Source of the DNA: an uncultured Candidatus Rokubacteria bacterium | GTDB taxonomy: Bacteria; Methylomirabilota; Methylomirabilia; Rokubacteriales; DASRDR01 | NCBI GenBank assembly: GCA_963708025.1 | Contig: CAVPSB010000019.1 | Location: 192,001-256,000, forward strand | Length of the DNA stretch: 64,000 nt | Direction of reading: 5' to 3' | Shown: positions 9,578 to 20,207 of the stretch, piece after piece | Position numbering within the stretch: position 1 is the first letter of the stretch | How the letters are laid out: every line of letters begins with the position of its first letter | Notes under the pieces: generated by a model | The model's database searches: none | What the model was told of the DNA's origin: nothing | What the model saw: the letters and a program-made list of their open reading frames with translations, nothing else | Translations under genes and position numbers: made by a program

Positions 9578-10424
9578 CGCTCGGGGAGACGCGCGGCGGA
9601 GACCCCTTGGCGCGCGGCCGAGACCCCCAGGCGCGCGGTCGAGACCCCCAGGTGGGGGGTCCAGGGGGGAGCGGTTGGGACTCCCCCCCTGTTGGAAGTC
9701 CGGGGGCTCCGGAAGCGCTTCGGCGGCATCGCCGCGGTGGACGGGGTCGACCTCACGCTGGCCCCCGGCGAGGTGCGCGCGCTCATCGGGCCGAACGGCG
9801 CCGGGAAGACCACCTTCTTCAACCTGCTGACCGGCCACCTCGTCCCCGACGCCGGGACCGTGCGCTTCCGCGGCGAGGCGCTGGACGGCCTGGCGCCCCA
9901 CCGGATCTGGCGCCGGCGTCTCGCCCGGACGTTCCAGATCCCGGCGGTCTTTCCCGACCTCACGGTCGTCGAGAACGTGCAGGTGGCGCTGGTCTCCTGG
10001 GCCGGGCGGACCCTGTCGCTGGTCGGCCGGGCCGTCGGCCTCGAGCGCGAGCGCGCGGAGGCGCTGCTCGAGCGGGTCGGGCTCGCCGACGCAGGCCGGC
10101 CGCCGCGCCGGCGTCCTGCCCTACGGCGACCTGAAGAAGCTCGAGGTGGCCATCGCGCTGGCCAACGACCCCGAGCTCCTGCTCCTCGACGAGCCGACGG
10201 CGGGGATGGCGCCGGCCGAGCGGCGGGCGCTGATGGGCCTGGTGGAGACGATCGGCCGCGCCGGCGGGCTGACGCTCCTCTTCACCGAGCACGACATGGA
10301 CGTGGTCTTCGCGGTGGCCGATCGGATCACGGTGCTCCACCAGGGGCGGGTCATCGCCGAGGGGACGCCCGCGGACGTCCGCGCCGACGCGGAGGTGCAG
10401 CGCGTCTACCTGGGGGAGCTGTGA
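9574..10424 (+). CDS. livG: LivG-like ABC ATPase; frameshift near 10095; start GTG 9574 (needs one more homopolymer correction) or TTG 9692
   Basis: LEVRGLRKRFGG, IGPNGAGKTT, LPYGDLKKLE, LLLLDEPTAG, TEHDMDVV, VQRVYLG. Confidence 0.85.
9591..9689 (+). repeat. Three ~21-bp tandem units plus a G/C-rich palindrome
   Basis: GCGCGGCGGAGACCCCTTGGC / GCGCGGCCGAGACCCCCAGGC / GCGCGGTCGAGACCCCCAGGT, then GGGGGGAG..CTCCCCCC. Confidence 0.7.
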
Positions 10425-10494
10425 GTCGGCGAGGCCGGGCCCGACTACCCCCGGCCGGCTCGCGCCTGGCGTTCCCGGTGGGCATTCGCGGCTC

Positions 10495-11005
10495 ATGCTG
10501 TACCCGGAGCCTCACCGGCTCCCAGTGTCGTTCGCGCTGATCGGCCTGAGCGCCGCTGGGGCCTGGGCGCTGCTTCGAGGCGGTCCGGCTGGCTGCGTTG
10601 GTGCTCCGGGGTCGGGCTGCTCCTGGGGTGCGCGCTGCTCGTCGCCTGGGCCACCTACGGGCCGTTCGCCGACTGCCGCCTGGCGTGACGCCCGCCGCGA
10701 TCCGCGCGGTCGCCGCCGGCATGACCGAGGGAGAGGTGGTCGCCATCCTGGGGCCGCCGGTCGAGACGCGACGCTGGGACGGGAGCGAGGCGCTCCTCGT
10801 CTATGCGCGCTCGCATCTCCTCGGGCCGTGGGCGCCGAGGCTGTGGGTCCACCTGCGCGACGGGCGAGTCACGGTGATGGCGGGGCACCTGGACCCGTTG
10901 CTGTTCGACAAGCGGCTCGTCTACTACCTGCAGATCGACGACGAGCGTACCGAGACGGCAGACTTCGCGTCCACCTTTCGCCCCTGGTGGGGGGTGGGGA
11001 GGTGA
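10495..11005 (+). CDS. Hypothetical membrane-anchored protein with a BamE/SmpA-OmlA-like motif; probably frameshifted
   Basis: GMTEGEVVAILGPP motif in ORF 10598..11005; hydrophobic segments upstream in two other frames; stop overlaps the livF start (GTGA). Confidence 0.5.
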
Positions 11006-11719
11006 GCGGCGCGATCCTGGAGGTGGAGGGTCTCGACGCGTACTACGGACTCTCGCACGTCCTCTTCGGCGTCACGCTCGAGGCGGCGCCGGGCGAGGTG
11101 GTCGCCCTGCTCGGCCGGAACGGCGCCGGCAAGTCCACGACCCTCCGGAGCGTCATGGGGCTCCTGCCGCCGCGGGCCGGCCGGGTCGTGTTCCGGGGCC
11201 AGGACGATCACGGGGTGGCCGCCCCACCGGGTCTGCCGGCTCGGGGTGGGGTTCGTGCCGGAGGATCGGCGCATCTTCCCGGACCTGACCGTGCGCGAGA
11301 ACCTGGAGGTGGGCCGCCGGCGGGGCCGCGGAGACGTCGGTACGTCCTGGACCGAAGAGGGGATCTACGAGTTCTTCCCGGTCCTCGGGGACCGGCGGGA
11401 GCAGAAGGGGGGGACCCTCTCGGGCGGGGAGCAGCAGATGCTGGCGATCGCGCGGACGCTCATGGGGAACCCGGAGATCCTGCTGCTCGACGAGCCCTCG
11501 GAGGGTCTGGCCCCGGTGGTGGTCCGGGCCCTCCTCGACCGGCTGATCGCCCTCAAGGGACGCGGGCAGACCATCCTGCTGTCGGAGCAGAACCTGAGAT
11601 TCGCCACGCGGCTGGCCGACCGCGCCTACATCCTGGAGCAGGGGCACGTGCGCTACGCGGGGACCATCGCCGATCTCATGGCGAACGAGCCGGTCCGCCG
11701 CGCCCACCTGATGGTGTAG
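11002..11719 (+). CDS. livF: LivF-like ABC ATPase; frameshift near 11205
   Basis: LEVEGLDAYYG, LGRNGAGKST, VPEDRRIFPDLTVRENL, LSGGEQQMLAIAR, LLDEPSEGLAP. Confidence 0.9.
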
Positions 11720-11734
11720 GGTGGAGCGACGCTC

Positions 11735-12610
11735 ATGACCTACCGGGTCGCGCGGTCGCTGGCCGAGGTCGAGGCGACGCTGTCCCGGCCGGGCGCGCCC
11801 CCGCTCATCCTGGCCGGCGCGACGGACCTGATGGTCCGGGCCCGGGAGCGCGTCGCGAGCGAGGACGTCCTGGACGTGGCGGCGGTACCGGAGCTGCGGC
11901 GCGTCGCGCTCGAGGGCGAGACCCTGGTGCTCGGGGCCGGCGTCACCTACACCGACTGCCTGACCGACCCGCTCATCGCCCGGGTCTGCCCCCTGCTGGT
12001 CCGGGTCGCCGAGCGGTTCGCCTCGCCGCAGATCCGCCACGCGGCCACCCTCGGCGGCAACGTCGCGAACGCGTCCCCGGCCGCGGACGGCGTGGCCGCC
12101 CTCTGGGCGCTGGACGCCCAGGTGGACGCCTTCACGCCCGGCGGCCTCGTCTCGCGTCCGATCGCGGAGGTCGTCCAGGGCCCGGGACGGCTCGGGCTGC
12201 CGGCCGGGAGCCTCCTGACCGCCTTCCGGGTGTCGGTCGCCGTCCCCGGCGAGGGAGCGGCGTTCTACAAGCTGGTGAACCGCGCGTGGCCCGGGCATCC
12301 GATGGCCATCTCGGTCGCCAGCGTGGCCGCCCGGCTCCGCCTGGACCCCGAGGGCCGGGTGGTGCTCGCCCGGGTCGTCATCGGCGCGGTTGCGCCGACG
12401 CCGGCGCGGGTGCCCGCGGCCGAGGCGGAGCTTCTCGGGCATGCGCCCGACCCCGACCGGATCGCCGGCGCCGCGCGCCGGACCACGGACGCCGCCCTCC
12501 CGATCGCGGACGTCCGCGCCTCGGCGGACTACCGCCGCGACGTGCTGCCGGCGCTGGCCCGGGCCGCGCTCGACTCGGCCGTGCGGGCGGCCCGGTCTGG
12601 CATCCGGTAG
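11735..12610 (+). CDS. Xanthine-dehydrogenase-family FAD subunit (NdhF/CoxM-like)
   Basis: LAGATDL, FASPQIRHAATLGGNVANASPAAD, PIADVRASADYR. Confidence 0.9.
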   Translation: MTYRVARSLAEVEATLSRPGAPPLILAGATDLMVRARERVASEDVLDVAAVPELRRVALEGETLVLGAGVTYTDCLTDPLIARVCPLLVRVAERFASPQIRHAATLGGNVANASPAADGVAALWALDAQVDAFTPGGLVSRPIAEVVQGPGRLGLPAGSLLTAFRVSVAVPGEGAAFYKLVNRAWPGHPMAISVASVAARLRLDPEGRVVLARVVIGAVAPTPARVPAAEAELLGHAPDPDRIAGAARRTTDAALPIADVRASADYRRDVLPALARAALDSAVRAARSGIR

Positions 12611-12763
12611 CCGGCCCGCGACTCACGGCCTGCCGGTCGCCCTTCCGCGCGGCCCGGGGAAGCGCCGGCGCGGGTCGGCCCACGTGCCATAATGGGACGT
12701 CGAGCGACCTCATCGCCTGTCCTCGAAACGGTGCGCGCGCGCGGGTCCAGCGGCGAGCGAGAG

Positions 12764-15527
12764 ATGTCGGAGATCTGCCTCACGGTGAACGACGCGGAGG
12801 TCTGCATCCCGCTGCGTCCGGGGGTGAGCCTCCTCGACCTGCTTCGCGAGGACCTCGGGCTGACCGGGACCAAGTCGGGCTGCCTCGAAGGCGAGTGCGG
12901 CGCGTGCGCGGTCCGGCTCGACGGGCGCGTCGTCAATAGCTGCCTGGTCCCGGCCGCCAGGGCCGGCGGGGCGACGGTCACGACGATCGAAGGGCTTGGC
13001 CCGGGGCCCGGCGCGAGCCGGGACGCCGGCGCCGGACTGCACCCCGTGCAGGAGGCCTTCGTCCAGGCCGGCGCCGTCCAGTGCGGGATCTGCATCCCCG
13101 GCATGGTGATGGGGGTCGCCGCCCTGCTCGAGGTGAACCCGGACCCCACCCGCGCCGAGGCGCAGGCCTGGCTCTGCGGCCACCTCTGCCGCTGCACCGG
13201 CTACACGAAGATCCTGGACGCGGTCGAGCTGGCGGCGCGCCTGATCCGCGACGGCGCCGCGCCGGCGCGCGACACCGGCGCGGTCGGCCGGCCGGCGGCG
13301 CGCGTGGACGCCGAGGCCAAGGTGCGGGGGACGGCGCTCTACGCGGACGACTACCAGCCGCCCGGCTGCCTCCACCTCCAGGTCGTGCGGAGCCCGCACG
13401 CCTACGCGGAGGTGCTCGGCGTGGACCCGGCGCCGGCCCTCGCGCTGCCGGGGGTCGCGGCCGTCCTCACGGCGGCGCGACGTGTCGGGTCGGAACGCCT
13501 ACGGGATCATCGTCGAGGACCAGCCGGTCTTCTGCGACAGTGTCGTCCGCTACGTCGGCGATGCGGTGACGGCAGTCGTCGCCGAGAGCCGGGAGGCGGC
13601 GGAGGCCGGCGCCCGCGCGGTGCGGGTGGAGTACCGGCCGCTCGAGCCCGTCCTCTCGGTGGAGGCCGCCCGGGCGCCGGAGGCGCCGCGGCTCCACCCC
13701 GACGGCAACCTCCTCGCGCGGCCGGCCGTGCGGAAGGGCGACGTCGGCCGCGGCTTCGCCGACGCGGCAGCGGTCGTGGAAGGAACGTGGCAGACCCAGT
13801 GGATCGAGCACGCCTACATCGAGCCGGAGGCGGGGGTCGCGGAGCCCCAGGCGGACGGGAGCGTCAGCCTGATCGTGTCCACGCAGACCCCGTACATGGA
13901 CCGTGACGCGACGGCCCGGGTCCTCGGGATCCCGCCCGAGCGCGTCCGCGTGATCCAGGCCGTGACCGGCGGCGGCTTCGGTGGGAAGCTCGACCTCTCG
14001 GTCCAGCCGTACCTGGCCCTGGCCGCCCTGAAGCTCGGGCGGCCGGTCAAGTGCGCCTTCGGCCGCGAAGAGTCGGTGCTGGCGACGGTGAAGCGCCATC
14101 CCTACCGGACGCGGGTGCGGCTCGGCGCCGATGCGGCCGGCCGCTTCACCGCGGTCGAGGTCGAGATCGAGGGCGACACCGGCGCCTACGCGTCGTGGGG
14201 GCCGACCGTGATCACCCGGGCCTGCATCCACGCCAGCGGGCCGTACGTCGTGCCCCACGTGGAGGCCCGAGGGCAGCTCTGGTACACGAACCACCCGCCG
14301 GCCGGCGCCATGCGGGGCTTCTCGACGCCGCAGGTGGCGGTGGCGACGGAGGGCGCCATCGACCTGCTGGCGCTCGAGCTGGGCGTGGATCCGATCGAGC
14401 TGCGGCTGCGGAACGCGCTGCGGCGGGGGAGCGTGACCGGGACCGGGCAGGTCCTCGAGGGGAGCGTCGGCCTCGTCGAGACGCTGGAGGCCGTGCGGGA
14501 GACACGGCGCCGGCTCGATCCGCTCCCGGTGGAGGACGGCCCGTGGGTCCTGGGCGAGGGCGTGGCCTCGATGTGGTACGGGATCGGCAACACCGCGCTC
14601 TCGAACCCGGCGGAGGTGCGGGTCGAGCTGGAGGCCGACGGCCGGGTGCACCTCTACAGCTCGGCGGCCGACATCGGGCAGGGCTCCTCCACGATCCTCG
14701 CCCAGATCCTGGCCGAGACGCTGGCGTGCGAGCTCGACGCGATCCGGCTCACCATGGCCGACACCCGGCTCACGCCGGACTCGGGGAAGACCTCGGCGAG
14801 CCGGGTCGCGTTCATCGTGGGGAACGCCGTGCGGGACGCCGGCCAGGCCCTGGTCAAGAGCGTGGCCGCCGAGGGCGCGGCGCTGCTCGGGGTGGCGCCG
14901 GACCGCGTGCGGGTGCGCGGCGGCCGGGTGGAGCGGACGGACGGGCGGAGCGCGGTCGGCCTCGACGCGGTGGCCCGGGCGATCCGCGAGCGGGACGGAC
15001 AGGTGGCCTTCCGCGGCTGGTTCGATCCCCAGACGACCCCGCTCGACGCCGACGGCCAGGGGGTGCCGTACCAGACGTACGCCTTCGCCACCCAGCTCGC
15101 CCAGCTCCACGTCAACCGGGGGACCGGCGAGGTCCGCGTGCGCCGGGTCATCGCCGCCCACGACCTCGGCCGGGCCATCAACCCCCAGGCCGCCGAGGGG
15201 CAGATCGAGGGCGGCGTGGTCATGGGGCTCGGCTTCGCCCTGACCGAGGAGTACGTGCCGGGCCGGACGCTGAACTTCTCGACGTACCTGATCCCCACCG
15301 CGCTCGAGGTGCCGGAGATCGTCCCGATCCTGGTCGAGCCCGGCGACCCCTTCGGGCCGTTCGGGGCCAAGGGGGTCGGCGAGCCGGCGATGATCGCGAC
15401 GGCGCCGGCCGTGCTCAACGCGATCTCGCGGGCGATCGGCCACCGGATCTGGCGGCTGCCGGCGACCCCCGAGCGCGTCTTCCGGGCGATGCGCGGCGGG
15501 CGGTCGATCCAGGGAGATTCCCGATGA
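12764..15527 (+). CDS. Fused [2Fe-2S] + molybdopterin subunit, nicotinate dehydrogenase-like (NdhS-L-M); frameshift near 13480
   Basis: GCLEGECGAC, QCGICIPG, LCRCTGY; GGGFGGK, AMRGF, SMWYGIGNT, ADIGQG, GAKGVGE. Confidence 0.88.
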
Positions 15528-16702
15528 GCACCGTCATCCACAACATCGGCCAGATCGTCTCCGGGGACATCGCCGGCCCGCTGCTGGACGGCGACACCAT
15601 CGTCTGCGCGGACGGCAAGATCACCTGGATCGGGAGGTCGGCGGCCGTGGACGACGACGCCACGACGATCGACGCCATGGGGTCAACCGTCATCCCCGGG
15701 CTGATCGACTCCCACATCCACCCGGTCTTCGGCGACTTCACCCCGCGCCAGCGGGCGGTGGATTTCCTCGACTCGGAGCTGAACGGCGGCGTGACCACCA
15801 TGATCTCGGCCGGCGAGGTCCACCTGCCCGGCCGGCCGAAGGACATCGTGGGGCTCAAGGCCCTGGCGATCGTGGCCGCCCGGGCCTACCAGAACTTTCG
15901 CCCGGGCGGCGCCAAGGTCCACGCCGGCGCGCCGATCCTCGAGCTGGGGCTGACGGAGGCCGACTTCGCCGAGATGGCGCGCGCGGGCGTGAAGCTGGTC
16001 GGCGAGATCGGCCTCGGCTCGGTCAAGACGGGGCGCGACGCGGCGCCCATGGTCAAGTGGGCCAGGCAGCACGGCATGACGGTGACCATCCACACCGGGG
16101 GCCCCTCCATCGCCGGCTCGAGCCCGATCAACGCCGAGACCGTCCTGGAGGCGGATCCCCACGTCGTCGGCCACATCAACGGGGGCACGACGTCGATGAG
16201 CCCGCGCGAGATCGAGACGCTGGTCTCCGGTTCCCGGATGGCCCTCGAGATCGTCCACTGCGGCAATCCCCGCACCGCGCTGCACACCCTCCGGGTGGCC
16301 GGCGAGGCGCGGGCCTGGGACCGCGTCATCCTCGGCAACGACGCGCCGTCGGGGACGGGGGTGGTGCCACTCGGGATCCTCCGGACCCTCGCCCTGCTGG
16401 TGGCCCTCGGCGACTGCCCGGCGGAGATCGCGATCGCGATGGCGACCGGGAACACCGCCCGGGTCTACGGGCTCGACGTGGGCGTGATCGCCCCCGGCCG
16501 CGCCGCCGACCTGGTGATCTGCGACGCCCCGGTCGGATCGGTCGGCCAGACCGCCCTGGAGGCGCTCCGGGCCGGCGATCTGCCCGGCATCTCGATGATC
16601 ATCATCGACGGCGTGCCGCGCGTGGGTCGCAGCCGGAACACCGCGCCGGCGGCCCGGGCCGCCCAGGTGACGCACGGCCACGCCCCGGGCGGCGGCCACT
16701 GA
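15524..16702 (+). CDS. ena: Enamidase-like amidohydrolase
   Basis: NIGQIVSGDI, DSHIHP, TPRQ, GGVTTMISAGEVHLPGRPKD, HTGG, HINGG, GNDAPSGTG, SRNT; closely resembles Eubacterium barkeri enamidase as recalled; ATGA overlap with the Mo subunit. Confidence 0.88.
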   Translation: MSTVIHNIGQIVSGDIAGPLLDGDTIVCADGKITWIGRSAAVDDDATTIDAMGSTVIPGLIDSHIHPVFGDFTPRQRAVDFLDSELNGGVTTMISAGEVHLPGRPKDIVGLKALAIVAARAYQNFRPGGAKVHAGAPILELGLTEADFAEMARAGVKLVGEIGLGSVKTGRDAAPMVKWARQHGMTVTIHTGGPSIAGSSPINAETVLEADPHVVGHINGGTTSMSPREIETLVSGSRMALEIVHCGNPRTALHTLRVAGEARAWDRVILGNDAPSGTGVVPLGILRTLALLVALGDCPAEIAIAMATGNTARVYGLDVGVIAPGRAADLVICDAPVGSVGQTALEALRAGDLPGISMIIIDGVPRVGRSRNTAPAARAAQVTHGHAPGGGH

Positions 16703-19329
16703 GTGAGCCAGGAGGCGAAGGAATGGGCTCCTCCGGCCCCCCCTCCCCCCGGTGGGTGGGGGAGGGGGGTTGGCGGGTGGGCGGGAGGTCCCCAACTGAA
16801 GCAGACGCCGAGGCGCGTGATCCCCCGGCCGGAGCCCGGCCGGCTGGACGTCGAGGGCATCGTGGAGACCTTCGCCACCCGCATGATGTACTCGGTGGCC
16901 AAGGACGAGTACACCGCCACGCGACTTCGACGTCTACCAGGCGCTGGCCTACGCGGTGCGCGACCGGCTGATGGAGCGCTGGTTCCGCGACCCAGAGCGC
17001 CTACTACCAGGCCGACGCCAAGCGGGTCTACTACCTGTCGCTCGAGTTCCTGCATGGGCCGCGCGCTCGTCCACAACGTCATCAACCTCGGGGCCCGCGA
17101 CGCCTACCGCGAAGCGCTGCGCCGAGCTGGGCTACGACCTCGAGGCGCTCGCAGGAGCAGGAGTGGGACGCCGGCCTCGGCAACGGCGGCCTCGGCCGCC
17201 TGGCCGCCTGCTTCCTCGACTCGGTGGCCACCCTGGCGCTGCCCGTTCTACGGCTACGGCATCCGCTACGAGTACGGCATCTTCCAGCAGCGCATCCAGG
17301 ACGGCTTCCAGGTCGAGGCGCCCGACAACTGGCTGCGCTACGGCAACCCGTGGGAGATCCCGCGGCCCGACGCGCTCTTCCCGGTGCAGCTTCTACGGGC
17401 GCACCGAGCACTACCGCGACGAGCAGGGCCGGACCTGCGCGCGCGCTGGGTCGACACCGAGGACGTCATGGCGATGGCCTACGACACCCCGGTCGCCGGC
17501 TTCCGGCAACGACACCGTGAACACCCTGCGGCTGTGGGCGGCCAAGTCGAGCCGCGAGTTCGACCTCGCCGAGCTTCAACGCCGGCGAGTACGTGCGGGC
17601 GGTCGAGGACAAGACCCGGAGCGAGAACATCTCCAAGGTCCTCTACCCGCCCGACGACCAGTACGCGGGCAAGGAGCTGCGGCTCAAGCAGCAGTACTTC
17701 TTCGTCTCCGCCACGCTGCAGGACGTCCTGCGCCGCTTCCGCAAGTTCGGCCCGCGCCGCTGGGAGCGAGCTGCCCGACAAGGTGGCCGATCCAGCTCAA
17801 CGACACGCACCCGGCGCTCGCGATCCCCGAGCTGATGCGCGTGCTGGTGGACGAGGAGCGGCTCGACTGGGACGAGGCCTGGTCGATCTGACCGAGCGGG
17901 TCTTCGCCTACACCAACCACACGGTCCTGCCCGAGGCGCTCGAGCGCTGGCCGGCCGAGCTGCTCGGCCGCCTGCTGCCGCGCCACCTCGAGATCATCGA
18001 GGAGATCGACCGGCGCTTCCGCGCTGGCGGTGGCGCGCGCTACCCGGGCGACGAGGCCGCGGCTCGGCCGCATGGCGATCCTCGACGACGGCGGCCACGT
18101 GCGCATGGCCCACCTCGCCATCGTGGGCAGCCACTCCGTGAACGGCGTCGCCGCGCTCCACACGCGGATCCTGCGCGAGTCGACCTTCGCCGAGCTTCGA
18201 CGCGCTCTGCCCCGGCCGCTTCAACAACAAGACCAACGGCATCACGCCGCGGCGCTGGCTGCTGCAAGTGCAACCCCGGGCCTGGCCGCGCTGATCAGCG
18301 AGGCCATCGGCGACGGCTGGATCACGGACCTCGACGAGCTGCGCGGGCTCGCGCCCTTCGCCGAGGACGCCGGCTTCCGCGCCGCAGTGGGCGGCGGTGA
18401 AGCGGGCCAACAAGGCCGTGCTCGCCGACCGCGTGCGCGAAGCGACCACGGCCTCGAGCTCGACCCCGACACGCTGTTCGACTGCCAGGTCAAGCGGATC
18501 CACGAGTACAAGCGCCAGCTCCTGAACGTGCTGCACGTGATCGCGCTCTACCACCGGCTCGCGCGACGGGCGGCGGACGACGGCGTGCCGCGCACGGTGA
18601 TCTTCGCCGGCAAGGCGGCGCCCGGCTACGCCATGGCCAAGCTGATCATCAAGCTGATCCACGCCGTGCGCCGATCGGGTGAACGGCGACCCGGCGGCGC
18701 GCGGCCGGCTGCGCGTCGCGTTCCTCCCCAACTACTCGCGTCTCGCTCGCCGAGCGGATCTTCCCGGCCTGCGAGCTGTCCGAGCAGATCTCGACCGGCG
18801 GGCACGGAGGCCTCCGGCACCGGCAACATGAAGGCCGCGCTCAACGGGGCCCTGACCATCGGCACCCTGGACGGCGCCAACGTCGAGATCCGCGAGGAGG
18901 TGGGGCCGGAGAACATCTTCATCTTCGGGCACACCGCGGCCGAGATCGACGGCCCTGCGCGCCGCGCGGCTACGACCCGCGGGCCTGGGTCGACGGCAAC
19001 CCCGAGCTGGCGCCGGGTGGTCGACGCCATCGCCGAGGGCGAGCTCGAGGGGCACGCCGGCCTCTTCCGGCCCGTCGTGGACGCGCTGCTGGGTGCGCGA
19101 TCGCTACTTCCTGTGCGCCGACTTCGCCGCGCTACGTGGACTGCCAGACCCGGGTGGGCGACGACCTACGGCCGTCCCGACGACTGGCTGGCGCATGTCG
19201 ATCCGGAACGTGGCGGGCATGGGGCCATTCTCCAGCGACCGGACCGTCTACGAGTACGCGCGCGAGGTATGGCGGGTCCTGCCGGCGCCGGTGTCGCTGA
19301 CCGCCGAGTGGGGACGGAGGGACCGCTAG
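16703..19329 (+). pseudogene. glgP: Glycogen/alpha-glucan phosphorylase, heavily frameshifted (assembly error or pseudogene)
   Basis: Across frames: [93 protein letters not shown]. Confidence 0.9.
16730..16789 (+). repeat. C-rich/G-rich palindromic repeat, family B (copy 1), in frame at the glgP 5' end
   Basis: CCTCCGGCCCCCCCTCCCCCC-GGTGGGT-GGGGGAGGGGGGTTGGCGGGTGGGCGGGAGGT. Confidence 0.8.
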
Positions 19330-19347
19330 GAACATCGGGGAGGTCTC

Positions 19348-19462
19348 GGTGGGGGAGGGGGGCTGGGGGGGGGTAGGCGGGAGGGTCCGAAGGAAGGTGA
19401 CCCTCCGGCTCCCCCCTCCCCCAGTGGGTGGGGGAGGGGGGCTGGGGGGGTAGGAGGGAGGT
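19348..19462 (+). repeat. Family B repeat: half copy (19348-19386) plus full copy (19402-19462)
   Basis: Same consensus as 16730; the terminal GGAGGT lies 6 nt before ATG 19469. Confidence 0.8.
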
Positions 19463-19468
19463 GTCGCA

Positions 19469-20018
19469 ATGAAGATCCGCAAGCTCGTCACCATCGTCGA
19501 GGAGATCCGGGCCGATGGCCGGAAGGAGGCCGTGCGCCCGGTGCGGAAGGCGGCGGCGGTCGCCGTCATCGAGAACCCGTTCGCCGGGCGATTCGTCGAG
19601 GATCTCCAGCCGCTCGTCCAGGTGGGCGAGGAGCTGGGCGGGCTGCTCGGCAAGCAAGCGGTGGAGGCGCTCGGCGGGGCGGTCGAGAGCTACGGGAAGG
19701 CGGCCATCGTGGGGCTCGCCGGCGAGTACGAGCACGCGGCGGCTATCCTGCACCCGACCCTCGGCACGCCGTTCCGGGCCGCGGTGGGCGGGGGCAAGGC
19801 GATCATCCCGTCGGCGAAGAAGCTGGGGACGGCGGGGACGGCCATCGACGTGCCGCTCCACTACAAGGACGCGGCGTTCGTCCGGACCCACTTCGATGCG
19901 ATGGAGGTGCGGGTCCCCGACGCGCCGATGCCGGACGAGATCGTGGTGGCGCTGGTGGTCACCGACGGCGGCCGGCCCCACCCGGGTCGGCGGCGACGGG
20001 GCGAGGCGGGCCTGGTAA
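19469..20018 (+). CDS. Amino acid synthesis family (DUF1185) protein; probable frameshift near 19983
   Basis: IRKLVTIVEE, AVIENPFAGRFVEDL, ESYGKAAIVG, IDVPL, RTHFDAMEV, DGGRPHP(RVGG). Confidence 0.85.
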
Positions 20019-20019
20019 C

Positions 20020-20045
20020 ACTTCGGGGGCTCGGAAGGCCTCGAG
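20020..20045 (-). repeat. Short hairpin repeat related to the 3' end of family C
   Basis: Reverse complement contains GGCCTTCCGAGCCCCCGAAG; compare 24413-24441. Confidence 0.45.
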
Positions 20046-20207
20046 GAGGCCGCGACTGTTGGACGGCCTTCGGCCTCTGGGCCGCGGCTCGGAGTGGAAC
20101 GCCGCGGCCGCGCGGCCGGGACCAGGGAGTGGCGAGAAGCCGAGGGGGATGGAAGCGGAAGCCGCAGTAGCTTTCACGACATCTGACATGAACGGGAGAA
20201 CATCGGG

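Noticed and set aside
9591-9652. Tandem 21-bp units as a CRISPR array
   Set aside because: No spacers, degenerate units and no cas genes.
14051-16702. 883-aa ORF as a long enamidase fusion
   Set aside because: The N-terminal part is an alternate frame of the Mo subunit; the real start is ATG 15524.
16920-19200. Programmed frameshifting in glgP
   Set aside because: There are far too many indels and they are not at slippery sites; consensus error is more likely.
20045-20207. Possible riboswitch upstream of the LLM gene
   Set aside because: GC-rich hairpins are present but no aptamer consensus could be recognised by eye; an Rfam search would be needed.
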